From Octopus sinensis (taxonomy: Eukaryota), in NCBI RefSeq assembly GCF_006345805.1, contig NC_043014.1:9982001-10046000 (forward strand): DNA of 64,000 nucleotides, in the 5' to 3' direction. Under the pieces are notes generated by a model that searched no databases, was not told the DNA's origin, and saw only the letters and a list, made by a program, of their open reading frames with translations. Below are positions 1-12,465 of the stretch, piece after piece. Position 1 is the stretch's first letter. Each line of letters starts with the position of its first letter. A program made the position numbers and the translations under genes.

Positions 1-493
1 GTATCGCCCGGCGATACTATATAACTATATAAGCATTTTTAGAGAGTCACTTCCCTTATAGATGCAAATTCGGGCTTTCTTAGCCATTTCTGTTTTGGTG
101 TCTTCAAGCCATGAAGTCGTTGTTCTAAAAGAACGCTGGTATCCTTGACAACGCTTTACGACGTTGATTTCCTTAAACTCCCTTCCCCACAGCTTCACGA
201 GGGGTGGAAGAAGGGGGAGAAGCAAACAGGTGCAGGTGTGACCATGGACGCCAACTCCGCCGCCATTGACACACGAAAAAATATGCATTAAAATGGAATA
301 AAAAATGATGTTAAATTATTTTTTAAATCGTAGACTCATCGTAGACGCGCGCTAATAGCCAGACGGGCTTGATATGAATCACGACTATAAGATACCCGAA
401 TTTGGTTAAACTGCACCGCAAAATGTGGGAGTAGTTAGGAATCTAAATCGAAGGGGACAGACACTCACACAACTACAGTTTTATATATATAGA
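1..493 (-). mobile_element. Non-autonomous Helitron (3' end cut by window edge)
   Basis: Minus strand starts TCtatatatataaaactgtagttgtg (493) and matches the copies at 39897 and 53163. It ends in cgccgggcgatac at base 1, part of the shared 3' hairpin. Carries about 220 bp (roughly 62-285) absent from the other copies. Confidence 0.85.
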
Positions 494-1351
494 CAATGGA
501 AAATGTAGGATTAAACTACGTAAATGTTCTTTGTAGGTTTGCGATTTATAGAAAGTCCATTTAATTTTATCTGTAGAATATTTCTACTGAAGGACGTCAT
601 TGTATATAAATGAAGCATCTTTAAAGATATTTTCAAACGAAGATAATGAAAATGGTCTACAGGATATAAAGTGAAGAAAATTAATAATAATATTTCTAGG
701 GTTATTTGATTATTTATTTTTAAAGTAACACTTTTTCGTTCAGTTTCTTAGAGCAAAATTTATTAGAGTCTAAATATGAAATTCCATCTAGAAAATTAAT
801 CACCTTCTGGACTTATTATGCTTCGCATTTAAAAATCTAATATCGGAAAAGGCATGGAGGTTTTTCCTTTTTAAATAAGTTGATTTCGGATTAGTGTATT
901 ATGGTAGAAGAAAACCGCCTACGTGATAGAAACTGCCTCGCAGAAATGGTAACTATGTTATTAAAACATTAAGCACATATAGGCCGACTTGATCAGTAAT
1001 AACCTCGGGATCCATTCATTAATTAGTTTTATGAAGGCATTTGGAAAATTACATATATTCATATCCACCGAAGCCTGTTTGCTGACAATAAAGAGAGAAT
1101 TACTTGTGTGGATGAAGTGTTAACTGGATGTGGGCAATTTAAATGTAACAGCTTCATAAATTATTTTGAATCTGAGTGAAAACCCTGGTTGACTTCCAAA
1201 TGAAAGAAATTAGAGTTTCCTTACTCCAGAATTTTATTGAAACAGTTCAGAACCAAATTAGATTTTCTTCCGAAAATGTAACAAAATATTCATTTTAATT
1301 CGGCTAAAAGTGAATCTGATACACATTTGTTTATCCGTACTATTATATTGT

Positions 1352-1734
1352 GGAGGCGCAATGGCCCAGTGGTTAGGGCAGCGGACTCGCGGTCATAGGA
1401 TCGCGGTTTCGATTCCCAGACCGGGCGTTTGTGAGTGTTTATTGAGCGAAAACACCTAAAGCTCCACGAGGCTCCGGCAGGGGATGGTGGTGATCCCTTC
1501 TGTACTCTTTCACCACAACTTTCTCTTACTCTTACTTCCTGTCTCTCTTGTACCTGCATTTCAAAGGGCCGGCCTTGTCATTCTCTGTGTCACGCTGAAT
1601 ATCCCCGAGAACTACGTTAAGGGTACACGTGTCTGTGGAGTGCTCAGCCACTTACACGTTAATTTCACGAGCAGGCTTTTCCGTTGATTCGGATCAACAG
1701 GAACCCTCGTCGTCGTAACCGACGGAGTGCTTCC
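1352..1734 (+). mobile_element. tRNA-derived SINE, family A
   Basis: A box TGGCCCAGTGG and B box GGTTTCGATTCCC. TSD tactattatattg on both sides. Near-identical minus-strand copy at 57028-57414. Confidence 0.9.
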
Positions 1735-1812
1735 TACTACTATTATATTGAATTAACCGAATCAAAAGACGTACTCAGAAGTTATTCTGTATATGTAAGT
1801 TATAGTCTACCT

Positions 1813-2036
1813 ATTTCTTTATTACCCACAAGGAGCTAAACATAGAGGGGACAGACAAACGGATTAAGTCGACTACATCGACCCCAGTGTGTAACTTGTA
1901 CTTAATTTATAAACCCCGAAAGGATGAAAGGCAAAGTCGACCTCGGCGGAATCTGAACTCAGAACGTAACGGCAGACGAAATACCGTTAAGTATTTCACC
2001 CAGCAGGCTAACGTTTCTACCAGCTCGCAGCCTTCG
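1813..2036 (-). mobile_element. SINE family B (core GTCGACTTTGCCTTTCATCCTTTCGGGGTCGAT)
   Basis: Multi-copy in the window. TSD tatagtctacct at 1801-1812 and 2041-2052. Confidence 0.85.
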
Positions 2037-2437
2037 AAGATATAGTCTACCTTGAGTTAAAATATTAGTTAGTTCAGCAATCTGTAATTCGACAGCAAAC
2101 ATTTGGAGGACAAGTAAATGTTATTCGTTAGTTGGAAGATTTTTTATGAGCCATGGCTTTAGTGTTCGAAAAACAGAGAGCCAATTTTTGCAATTAATTT
2201 TATATATATCCCTTTCCTTTCTTCATGTAAATGCGGAGGTGTTACTCTTGGTTGTGTTCAACTTCTTAATGAGCACAATTTGGAATTTGTTAACTTATTA
2301 TTGAACATCATCTTTTTAATCGTAGATAATAAACCATCGCCAAATTTGAACAGTAAACGTGACCTTGTGTTAGAGATCGCTGTGAATTTCTGAAAGAGAA
2401 TTCCTGTTTTTGTTAGTGCTTTTCCTTTTCTTTTCCC

Positions 2438-2478
<41 letters not shown>

Positions 2479-2494
2479 TTTTATCTTATCTTAT

Positions 2495-2912
2495 CTAGTT
2501 TCAGCTCACGAGCTGTGGCCATGCTGGGGCACCGCCATTTGGTGTTGCTACATGATTTTACTTCACGAATGCTTTTTAGCAACTGCCATTTGATGCATGA
2601 GAAAGTTCGATGCAGCTGCCCTCATCTGCACCTCCTGCCGTGAAGTTGGTTCATCCGGGACACCTGACAGGAAGAGATCCAGTCCTACTTTAAAGACATC
2701 CACATCCACCCCATGCAGGTCCCTCAGGTTCTTCGGGAGGATATTGAAGAGCTGTGGGCCTCTGAAGCCCAGGCTATCACAGTATCTTGTCCTACATCTT
2801 GATGGCAAATTTGAAGTCCTTGGCACCACGCAGTGGCGCCCAGTTCTGGCATTTGTGTAAATCTCGATGCCAGAGTTTGGGACACTTCCCTCCAGGATCT
2901 TCCAGATGTATA
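2495..2912 (-). mobile_element. 5'-truncated CR1/L2-group LINE, ORF2 C-terminus and 3' tail
   Basis: IYIWKILEG..PN and SLGFRGPQLFNILPKNLRDL..VDVFKVGLDLFLSGVPDEP. Same family as 42118-43490. Flanked by (TTA)n. Confidence 0.85.
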
Positions 2913-3418
2913 TTATCATCATTATTATTTTTATTATTATTATTAATATTATTATCATCATCATCATTATTATAGGTATTGTGAAGTACAGTATTTGAAG
3001 CCAGGAAAACAATCATTGGTTAAAAATTTCGCGACAAGGCCTAAAATTTCGGAAATGTCCAGCCAGTTCCATCAACCACAGTATTTGCCTTGCACTCATT
3101 CTATTCTATCGAAAGAATACCAGGTAAAATGGACCTCAGCGGTATTTAAACTCAGAAATAAAAACGGACGAAATTCCGTCAATCATTTTGTCCGGTATGC
3201 TAACAAAGCTGACAGCTCGCCATCTTACTGGGGGCATAAATACAGACTCCAAAGTTTGACACAATGCTAACAATTTGGGGGAAGGTGCTCAACTGGTACT
3301 TAATTCGTCAAATTTGACGAAATAAGTCAATTTCGGCAAAACTTAGAGACAGCAATCATTTTACCCGGTGTGCTAATGATTCTGTCAGCTCACCGCCTTA
3401 CTAGGGGTATAAATACTG

Positions 3419-4269
3419 TTGGGTTGTCCGGAAAGTTCATGCCGATTTATAGTAGCTTACATTTCGATTTATTTTAGAACATGGTTGTGTTCATAAAATA
3501 AGATTTGACTACACCTCCATTTAGAGCACAGTTTAAGCTATCTTTTCGTGGAAGAAGGTTTATGTTCCTATAACCTGTGTTAATTCTGTAACCCTTTAAA
3601 ATGGAAGATAAGAAAGTTCATTTTCGGCACTTGATGCTTTGGGAACCAGGCAAAAATTGCTGCAGCTCGGCTGCGATGTGTTACCCCACCCTCTATATTG
3701 AAATGTTTACCATTAAGACTATTCTGCAGAGACCTGAATACGTGGAAATCCGAAGGAGCAATATCTGGGGAATATGGAGGGTGGGGTAAGACATCCCAGC
3801 CGAGCTGCAGCAATTTTTGTCTGGTTCCCAAAGCATCAAGTGCCGAAAACCAACTTTCCTATCTATCTTTCAATTTAAAGGGTTACAGAATTAACAGAGG
3901 TTATAGGAACATAAACCTTCTTCCACAAAAAGATAGCTTAAACATACGTACATACGCACACACATACGTACATACGCACACACACACACATGCACACACA
4001 CACACATACACGCACACACGCATACATGCACACACACATGCACACACATACATACATGCACACACACATACATGCACACACACATACATACATGCACACA
4101 CACATACATACATGCACACATATACACACATATACATACATACATACAGACAGACAGAGAGAGCTTATTGAATGTGTAGTCAAATCCTATTCTATGGACT
4201 CAACCATGTTCTAAAATAAGTCGAAAGTTAAGCTACTATAAATCGGCACGAACTTTCCGGAGAACCCAA
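3419..4269. mobile_element. mariner-derived foldback element with long inverted arms and an inserted CA-rich microsatellite
   Basis: TIR ttgggttgtccggaaagttcatgccgattt / aaatcggcacgaactttccggagaacccaa followed by TA. Transposase pieces MEDKKVHFRHLMLWE and WDVLPHPPYSPDIAPSDFHVFRSLQNSL. Arms about 3419-3695 versus 3775-3942 plus 4160-4269. Confidence 0.85.
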
Positions 4270-4857
4270 TATTTCGTTGCTTAGAAAGCATCTTAGGCGA
4301 CTGCAGTGAAGCCCTTCTCCTTAGAATATGATGTTGAGAAGGCAATAAACTACCTATTGACTTCTTTCCACTGTGCTGGGTGGCAATCAGTAGTGTCCTT
4401 TTGTATGTTTCTGGACTTGATTTCTTAAACTTTGGTCTCATTTCAATATAATTTTAAAGTGAAACCAGTTCTTCCTCAACCATTCTTGTTTTCTTATTAT
4501 TGACATTTAAGCATCATTCTGACTGGTATTTTTATCCAAAATTAAATATCCCAAATTTTAAGAGAAAATAAACAGGTCTCTGTGCAGCTCATCCAGGTGT
4601 GAACAATGCGCTTGAGAGTCATCTAGGATGCGCTTTTTCTCTTCTAATCCAGCGAGACTTGGAAACCGGATAATCTAACGACGGCTTAGGCTACATTTGA
4701 ATAACTCTATCATGCGCAAAAACGTGGAAAAGGCTGGTTTTACTTCCATAAGCTTTAACCTCGTTTCTTTGTACTTGCAAATTAATTTCATTGAACTATG
4801 TGAATAAATCAGCCTTGACATGCTTGATATTTCTTGGTTCATTATAAAGAACAGAAG

Positions 4858-5183
4858 TGAAGGCGCTTGGCTTAGTGGTTAGGAGCATTCGCTTCATGAT
4901 CGTAAGGTCGTGAGTTCAATTCCCGGCGGCACGTTGTGTCCTTGAGCAAGTCACTTTATTTCACGTTGCTCCAGTGAACTCAGCTGGCAAAAATGAGTAG
5001 TACGTGCATTTCAAAGGGTCAGCCTTGTCTCACACTGCGTCACGCTGAATCTCCTCGAGAACTATGTGTTAAGGGTACACGTGTTGTGGAGTGCTCAGCC
5101 ACTTACACGTTGATTCCACGAGCAAGCTGTTCCGTTGATCGTATCAGCTGAGACCCTCGTCGTCGTAACCGACGGAGTGCTCC
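4858..5183 (+). mobile_element. Chimeric SINE: family C (tRNA plus CORE-like) head with family A tail
   Basis: A and B boxes, CORE-like ccttgagcaagtcactt, family A tail accctcgtcgtcgtaaccgacggagtgc. TSD tataaagaacagaa. Confidence 0.85.
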
Positions 5184-5774
5184 TATAAAGAACAGAATAA
5201 GTGTGTTGCAAGCACAGCAACAACGGTTTTTCAAAAGGGATTATAAGCTTTCAGGCAGTTTCCATTTGACAGCCATTGAACTTCTCTGCGCTACAATACG
5301 CACTTAAAACCTTTATCATTCTTAGTAGAGAGGGTTGAAACATTAGGGGATTGAGCGTAGGTGCCTTGATATTGTTTACTGTTAATAAAAGTGCTCAACT
5401 ATTTGTTAAGTCTCAAAGTTACGTTATTTATTAACACTGGTTTCCTGTTGATTATATAGTGCGCTGTAAACACGCGAGATATAGCTTTTACAATTGACTG
5501 AAAAAGCAGCGATGACAACCTACCATCGATGATGATTTATTGCTCAAACACGAAATTCGGATTCTTTTGTATCTCTTTCTTGTTATCTTGAGCCAAATGT
5601 TAATCTCTAACGAAGCAACATAAGCAAAAAAACATACTTTTACTGCTTGGCAAAGATGATTCATCTAACTGCACACAAATTCGGTTGTTCTGAGTCTGTG
5701 TAAAATGTATCTTCAATGTTGTATTATTCATATCGAAACGTTTGTAATATACATTTATACTTTTATTCTTATAT

Positions 5775-5989
5775 TATTTTATTTGTTTCAGTTATTTGAC
5801 TGCGGCCATGCTGGGACACTGCCTTTAGTCGAGTAAATCGACCCCAGGACTTACTCTTTGTAAGCCTAGTACTTATTCTATCGGGTCGCTTTTGCCGAAC
5901 CGCTAAGTTACGGGGAGGTAAACGCACCAGCATCGGATGTCAAGCGATGTTGGGGGGGGGGGCAAACACAGAGACACAAACATATAAAT

Positions 5990-6034
<45 letters not shown>

Positions 6035-6207
6035 ATATATACGACGAGCTTCTTTCAGTTTCTGTCTACCAAATCCACTCACAAGTCTTTGATCTCGCCC
6101 GTGGCTCTAGTAGAAGACACTTGCCCAAGGTGCCATGCAGTGGGACTGAACCCGGAACCATGTGGTTGGTGAGCAAGCTACTTATCACACAGCCACTCCT
6201 GCACCTA
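5775..6207 (-). mobile_element. SINE family D (tRNA-like head, internal (TA)n/(TG)n, LINE-like tail)
   Basis: Head GCAGGAGTGGCTGTG.., cttgggcaag segment, tail ccagcatggccgcagtcaaa..ctgaaac. About ten copies in the window. Confidence 0.85.
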
Positions 6208-6998
6208 TTTTTAGAGGAAATATTCGTACATGCACTTTTGATTTTCACGATGCAATTCTCGAGAAAAAAAAAAGAAACGAGAATTTTTCAACTTATGCAT
6301 GATAACTTTCCAAACTTTTTTCTGTAAAAGAAGTCTGTCTGCGTGTGTTTTGAAATGTGACATGCTATAAAATGGGGAAATATTCCCAAAAATAAAACTC
6401 CAAGAATTTCAGATGTGTGTAAGACAGCTATCGTGAAAATCCGACAAAAATAAAATGAAATACCTTTTCTTAATATATTTGCTTTGACAGAGTTTCTAAA
6501 TTATAAATTAGAAAAAAATTGCGTAAAACAAGAAAAACGCAAACAAATATAGATTTGCAGAAATGGTGGTCTCAACTAGGATAATGTTTAATTCTTAAAA
6601 ATAATCTACCAATTCTAAAACGGCTAAAATAGAACAACTGATATACTAATTTCTATTTATAACTGTTATTTTAATCAATGTTTAAGACTATTGGGTCAGT
6701 TGTATTATTCATTAAAAATAAATTTGCGAAATAAATTCTGAAGTTTTCTAATAATTAAAATTTGCAAAATTCATAAAATTATTAGAAAACTAACATTGAT
6801 ATTACAATTATAGAATGTGTCAAAATAGTTGTACAATTCTTTACTTAGAGCGAAGCTCAAGATACCAAATTATAGAAGATATGAAGAATTTCTAACCTTT
6901 ACCCTAAAGCTACTTATAAAAGCTAAAAGTTTTGAGAAATATATCAATGTCAAAATTGTAGTTATAGGAACGCAATAATTACTTTACAGAAAGCACTT

Positions 6999-7056
<58 letters not shown>

Positions 7057-7069
7057 GCTCTCTATATAA

Positions 7070-7107
<38 letters not shown>

Positions 7108-7113
7108 AAACAA

Positions 7114-8610
7114 GTCAAAATAGAAAATGCTAAAATAATTTTATAAAGAACATTTCAGTACCGGTTTCGGTCATTTTGAGACCTTTTCAACTGTAACGAT
7201 TAAATAATTAAATTTAGAAAAATTAAAAGAAAAGTTTTTTTAAAGGAATATTTGTATAGTGTTCACATATAAGTGGCATTCAGCCTTTCTCTGTCTCCCT
7301 TGTTTGCACTTGTGTGTTCGAGGTCTGGTTATTAGCAAGGGATTTCTCTAAATATTTACCGGTTTGCTCATAGTTAGATATATGCAGTAGAAACACGTGT
7401 GGGTCGAATTGAGGTTGAATTGATATATAAAAGTGAATTAAAGATAATGCTAATACCACATCGTAATAATCCCTATTGTGTATATATAGAGATATATATG
7501 TGTGTGTGTGTGTATAAATGTACATATCGGTGTGTGTGTGTGTTCGCGTGCGTAGATAAATACGAGTACGTATATATGTATAGTTAGGTAGATAGATAGA
7601 TGAAACTTATAGAAAAACAAAAGACGAAGATAGGTGTATGAACAACAAGCAGTTGTATTAGGGTTGACGCTCGGACAAATTTAGAAGTTTTTTATGTTTC
7701 GAGCCTACGCTCTTCGACAGAAAGGAATGACAGAAAATACACAGAGAGAGAATGCAAAAAAATATGGTGGATTTAGAGGTCAAACATGGCGAATCATTAG
7801 AAGAAAGGTTTAAAGGAAGAGTTTGAAAGAAAGGGAAATAATAAAGTGCTGGTGATCCAAAATGAAGCTGCGCGTGTGTATGTGAGAATAGTGTGCGTGA
7901 ATGTGCGTGTGTGAATGGGGGCTAGTTGCTCTTACTTATGTGAGTGTGTGTGTGCATATGTAACGTGTGTGTGTGTGTGTATGTGTAATAGGGGCTAGTG
8001 GCTCTGACTTGTGTGAGTGTATGCATGTGTAAGTATGTACGCCTGTAACTTGTGTGTGTGTTGCGCGTAGCAGTTAAGGTGTGTTTTTTGACGTGTTGTT
8101 TATGTATGTGTGTTTGTGTGTGAGTGTCTGTGTGTCTGTTTGTGGTCAAATAGTATGCGTGTGTATGGTGCATATATGTATGTAGTGTGTGTTAATGTGT
8201 GTATGTATATATAGCCTGTTTTCAAGTATTAGGTGCTTGTGTGGGTGAGTATATATTGTCTCTGTTTAAGTATTATATCCTTGTATGGATGTGCGAGTGT
8301 GCATGATGGTGTGTGGTGTGTGTACTGTGTTACATAGTGTGTGTGGCTGTTCATAGAGTGGTATGTGTGATGAGGCTATTGAAGTATACAACGACCTCGA
8401 ACCCAAATTTGTAAACAAGAGAGACAGAGACAGGCAGAAACAAGGGAAATGCCACTTGTATTTGAACACTATGCATATATTCTTTTAAAAATCTTTTCTT
8501 TCAATTTTTCCCAAATTTAATTTTTTTCCATAGAGTTGAAAAAGTCAAAATAATTGAAACCGGTACTGAAATATTTATTATAAAATTATGTTAGCATTTT
8601 CTATCTTGAC
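7114..8610. repeat. Inverted repeat pair of about 215 bp (7114-7325 and 8393-8610), Penelope pseudo-LTR-like
   Basis: Arms are diverged reverse complements, e.g. atttcagtaccggtttc / gaaaccggtactgaaat. Each arm carries a hammerhead-like motif. (TA)n at the left edge. Confidence 0.7.
7156..7193 (-). ncRNA. Minimal type I hammerhead ribozyme, U3-A8 core variant
   Basis: Minus strand: CAG TTGAAAA GGTC-tcaaaat-GACC GAAA CCGG TA CTG. Confidence 0.6.
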
Positions 8611-8805
8611 CACAAACACATATATACTAAAATGGATGTCGTGTTAAAACATACAAGTCTACTTTATTCTCCACGAGCGATCCTATCATATGTTCTTGTG
8701 TTATATCTAAGCCCTCCTGTTTAAATCGGTGACGGATGATAATCGTCCGTTGCATTTACGAGACCTACCAGCTCACGTGATTGAGCTTTCTCCATGGCAG
8801 ATTTT

Positions 8806-9035
8806 GGAGGCGCGTGACTTAGTTGGCAGTGTGTTGGACTCATGGTCGTAAGATTGTGGTTTCGATTCCTGGACCATGTGACGCGTGGAGTTTTCACATT
8901 GCTTTAATCCACTCAGCTGACAAAATGAGTAATCCCGTGGCAGACTAGTGACTCGTCCAGGTGGGTAATCTATACGCCATGGAAACCAGAAAACCGGCCA
9001 TTATGAGTCGACATGCCACGAGAAGGTAAATTTAC
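8806..9035 (+). mobile_element. Degenerate SINE family C
   Basis: ggaggcgcgtgacttag head, B box ggtttcgattcc, ccactcagctg segment. Confidence 0.7.
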
Positions 9036-9039
9036 CTTT

Positions 9040-9579
9040 ACTCTTTTTACTTGTTTCAGTCATTTGACTGTGGCCATGCTGGAGCACCGCATTTAGTCGA
9101 GCAAATCGACCCCAGGACTTATTCTTGGTAAGCCTAGTACTTATTCTATCGTTCTCTTTTGCTGAGTTACGGGAAGGTAAACACACCAGCATCGGTTGTC
9201 AAGCGATGTTAGGGGGACAAATACAGACACACAAACACACTCACACACATATATATATATATACGTATATATATCTACAACTTCATCGGTACATTTACAC
9301 TCTCTAAGATGTTACTAATTGATTTGAGAACTTTACATTATTAGAAAACCTATATGAAATTAGCTGAAGATTACTTGACATATTATATTTGCTGTAATAT
9401 TTGCAGCTTTAATAAATTGTTATAGTATGAAACAATTGTACTAAATTACCGGATCCATTCTTGTTGCTTATTTTTTTGGTTATAATCACCCCACAATATT
9501 TTATGGGTAATACTATAAAGAATTCTGGTGCATCTAAATTAAGTACCATATTCATTTGAATCTAAATTGTTTTGCTGAA

Positions 9580-9614
<35 letters not shown>

Positions 9615-9778
9615 GGCAGGCTTCTTTCAGTTTTCGTCTACGAAATCCACTCACCAGGCTTTGATCGTCCCGAAGCTATAGTTGAAGACACTTGCCCCAG
9701 ATGCCACGCAGTGGGACTGAACCCGGAACCATGTGGTTCGTAAGCAAGCTTACTTACCACACAGCCACTCTTACTCCT
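9040..9778 (-). mobile_element. SINE family D split at its internal (TA)n by a hammerhead-bearing insert (about 9275-9582)
   Basis: Tail half at 9040-9260 and head half at 9612-9778 are colinear with intact family D copies. Confidence 0.8.
9360..9444 (+). ncRNA. Type I hammerhead ribozyme, long stem II, partly decayed
   Basis: TTAG CTGAAGA [tTACTTGACA...TGTTAtAGTAt] GAAA CAATTG TA CTAA. Confidence 0.6.
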
Positions 9779-10219
9779 AAATTTATGGCAGACGTCCAGC
9801 TTTACACGTGTGTGGAAATCCCGACATTTGTATCTATTTAAGCACTTGTGTCACAAATACCTCTGGGATTATTAAAATTAATTGCGGTACGAAAAGATTA
9901 CATTTATCTCCCACTAAAAGTGAAAGTTTTCTTAGAACACACAATACTGCGTTATTTGCCATAAGACGCACTCACGGAAGAAATTATGGGTCATATTAGC
10001 ACTCGTATTTAGATCGCCGAAGAGGGTTGCGACAGGAGAAACCGCCATGTGTCTGCATATTCTGTCAAACCGCCTGGGCTGCGACTGCAGGAACCTCCAG
10101 GTATCTGCGTACTCAGTCGAAACGGACGTCTGCCGTAGAGAAGCCAAATAAATGACGAAATCTCTTGATCTGGATATGTGGATAAGATAATGAATAAAGT
10201 TCTTTCGGGAGTCATACAG

Positions 10220-10437
10220 ACTCATCGGGCCGGTTTCCGTCTTCTCTGGCGTATATTTCCTCCACCTTGGACGGGACGCCGGTCCATCAGAGGATTTTTT
10301 GCCAGCTGAGTTGACAGGAGCAACATGAAATGAAGTGTTTTGCTCAAGAACCCAATCTATCACCCGGTCCGAGAATCGAAACTACAATATTGCGATCATG
10401 AGACCAACACCTCTAACCACTAAGCCACCTGCCTCTG
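10220..10437 (-). mobile_element. SINE family C
   Basis: Reverse complement of the family C consensus (ggcttagtggttag; gatggaccggcgtcccgtcc). Confidence 0.75.
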
Positions 10438-10978
10438 CATCTCGTGATCTGGCAATTACGTCGTGCACAGCAGACGATTATCGCTCATCAGCGATGGGAA
10501 CCTAAGTGCACCACAAGTCAATACGTGAAGTCCTCCCATAGTATATACTGCGGTGTTCTGTGTTCTAATCCAACATCCAATTTTAGTGCGAGATAAACAT
10601 TAGTTTTTTGGTATTAATACAGCTTCTGTCATTATCGATCTCTGCTTAATAAGCTCACTGGCTATTTGCCATATCAGTGTCTCAATAGATAATGAGATTC
10701 TATTTGTCGATGACAGTAGAATTAGACGGCTGTATATAACCGGATGTCTGTCATTGAACAGCCCAAGAAATGCGAAATCAAGTGATCTTGCTGTTCCGGC
10801 AGGTGAGACTCGCAATGATTGACCGTCAGCGATGTAAAGACGAGTGTCTGTATACACCACACCTTCATACAAGAACCTCTCATTATAAATGATGCAGTAT
10901 TGTGTGTTCTGACATCCATTTTCAGCGTGAGTATTAACTTTTTGTATTAATACTGTTTCTCTCACTATTAATTATGTA

Positions 10979-11017
<39 letters not shown>

Positions 11018-11018
<1 letters not shown>

Positions 11019-11270
11019 AGTGCAGGAGTGGCTGTGTGGTAAGAAGCTTGCTTCCCAATTTCATGGTTACGGGTTCAGTCCCGCTGAGTGACCCCTTTGG
11101 AAAATGACTTCTACTATAGCCTCGGGCTGACCATCGGCAGCATGGAGACGTGTCATTGGTATGCAGAGGCAACTGCTGGTCTTCTATAAACAAACTTGCC
11201 CGGAGTGTCTGCCTCGAAGGGGACCATTCTTGGTGCAAACACGAGGACATTCGTGACCGAAGAGGTATTT
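11018..11270 (+). mobile_element. Chimeric SINE: family D head with E tail
   Basis: D head followed by ctgctggtcttctataaacaaacttgcccgga..gaccgaag, which is also at 20610-20700 and 15115-15290. Confidence 0.65.
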
Positions 11271-11316
11271 ACTCTTTTTACTCCATATATATCATGGTAT
11301 ATTATTACCAGAACAA

Positions 11317-11553
11317 AGGCGGCGAGGTGGCAGAAACGTTAGCACGCCGGGCGAAATGCTTTGCGGTATTTCGTCTGCTACTACGTTCTGAGTTCAAATT
11401 CCGCCGAGGTTGACATTGCCTTTCATCTTTCCGGGGTCGATTAAATAAGTACCAGCTACGCACTGGGGTCGATATAATCGACTTCATCCATTTGTCTTTC
11501 CCTGTGTGTGTCCCCTCTGTATTTAGCTCCTTGTGGGTAGTAAAGAAATAGGT
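11317..11553 (+). mobile_element. SINE family B
   Basis: Full head to tail gtgggtagtaaagaaat. Imperfect TSD ggtatattattaccaga / ggtatattataactaga. Confidence 0.85.
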
Positions 11554-12189
11554 ATATTATAACTAGAGTGTATATGTATATTTTTGTGATTTTGTATGTC
11601 TGTCTCGGGTATACAGCCGCTGTTTCGTATATTCAACTCAAACACAGATACTATATGCAACGGCTAATCGCCACTTAATTTCTACAAGGCAGAAAACAAT
11701 CGATTACTAAGTTACATTCGTCATCACAAAACAAATTATATTTTTGAAAATAACGATTTTTTTTTCTTTTACACAACTTGTGAATTTCAGAAAGAATTAT
11801 CTCATCTCAGTCATGTTGTGCGGATGACAATTTTGTCCCAATGTTTGTATATATTTCAAAAGATTGGTGTTTTAGTGTGTGATTTCAAATGTCAGACATT
11901 TTTAATAATTGAAGTAATGCTTCATGTGTGTTCCGTTATCTATTATGTGTTTGCTATTCAAACGGAAAAATTCCGGCGTTTTTTCTAAGCAGGTTGGTTG
12001 GCATATAATATAATGCCTTTGTATCATGTGTAGATATTTCTTACGCAGCTATTTGTTAGGTCTCTAGTTTATCTAACATTTAAACAGTATTCTATAAACA
12101 TGTGAAACTTAATACCTGACTTTACCTGTCTGTCTCTCTGTATGTGATTCTATCTATTTAATCTATAGGTCGAACTATGTGTATATCAT

Positions 12190-12271
12190 TCCATCTAACC
12201 TATCTAATTCATCTATCTATCCCTCTATCTATCTATCTATCTATCTATCCCTCTATCTATCTATCTATCCC

Positions 12272-12308
<37 letters not shown>

Positions 12309-12465
12309 ATGTCTATCTATCTATATGTCTATCTATATGTCTGTCTATATGTCTATCTATCTGTCTGTCTATGTTTCTGTCGATGTTTTCTATTTATCTA
12401 TCTCACTATGCATCTATCTATCTCTCTATCCATCTATTTATCTGTCTATCTATCCATCTATCTAT
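12190..12465. repeat. (TATC)n microsatellite
   Basis: Direct reading. Confidence 0.95.

Noticed and set aside
1352-1425. tRNA-like sequences with A and B boxes
   Set aside because: They are SINE heads continuous with SINE bodies and TSDs, not tRNA genes.
7690-7725. Hammerhead-like TCGAAGAGCGTAGGCTCGAAAC (minus); similar partial motifs near 47878, 37743 and 10486
   Set aside because: Core or stems I and III are incomplete, so they cannot be supported as ribozymes.
10029-10965. 52-bp duplicated unit (10029/10081) and a roughly 70-bp degenerate direct repeat (10560/10900)
   Set aside because: Two copies only, diverged, with no termini or motifs that suggest function.
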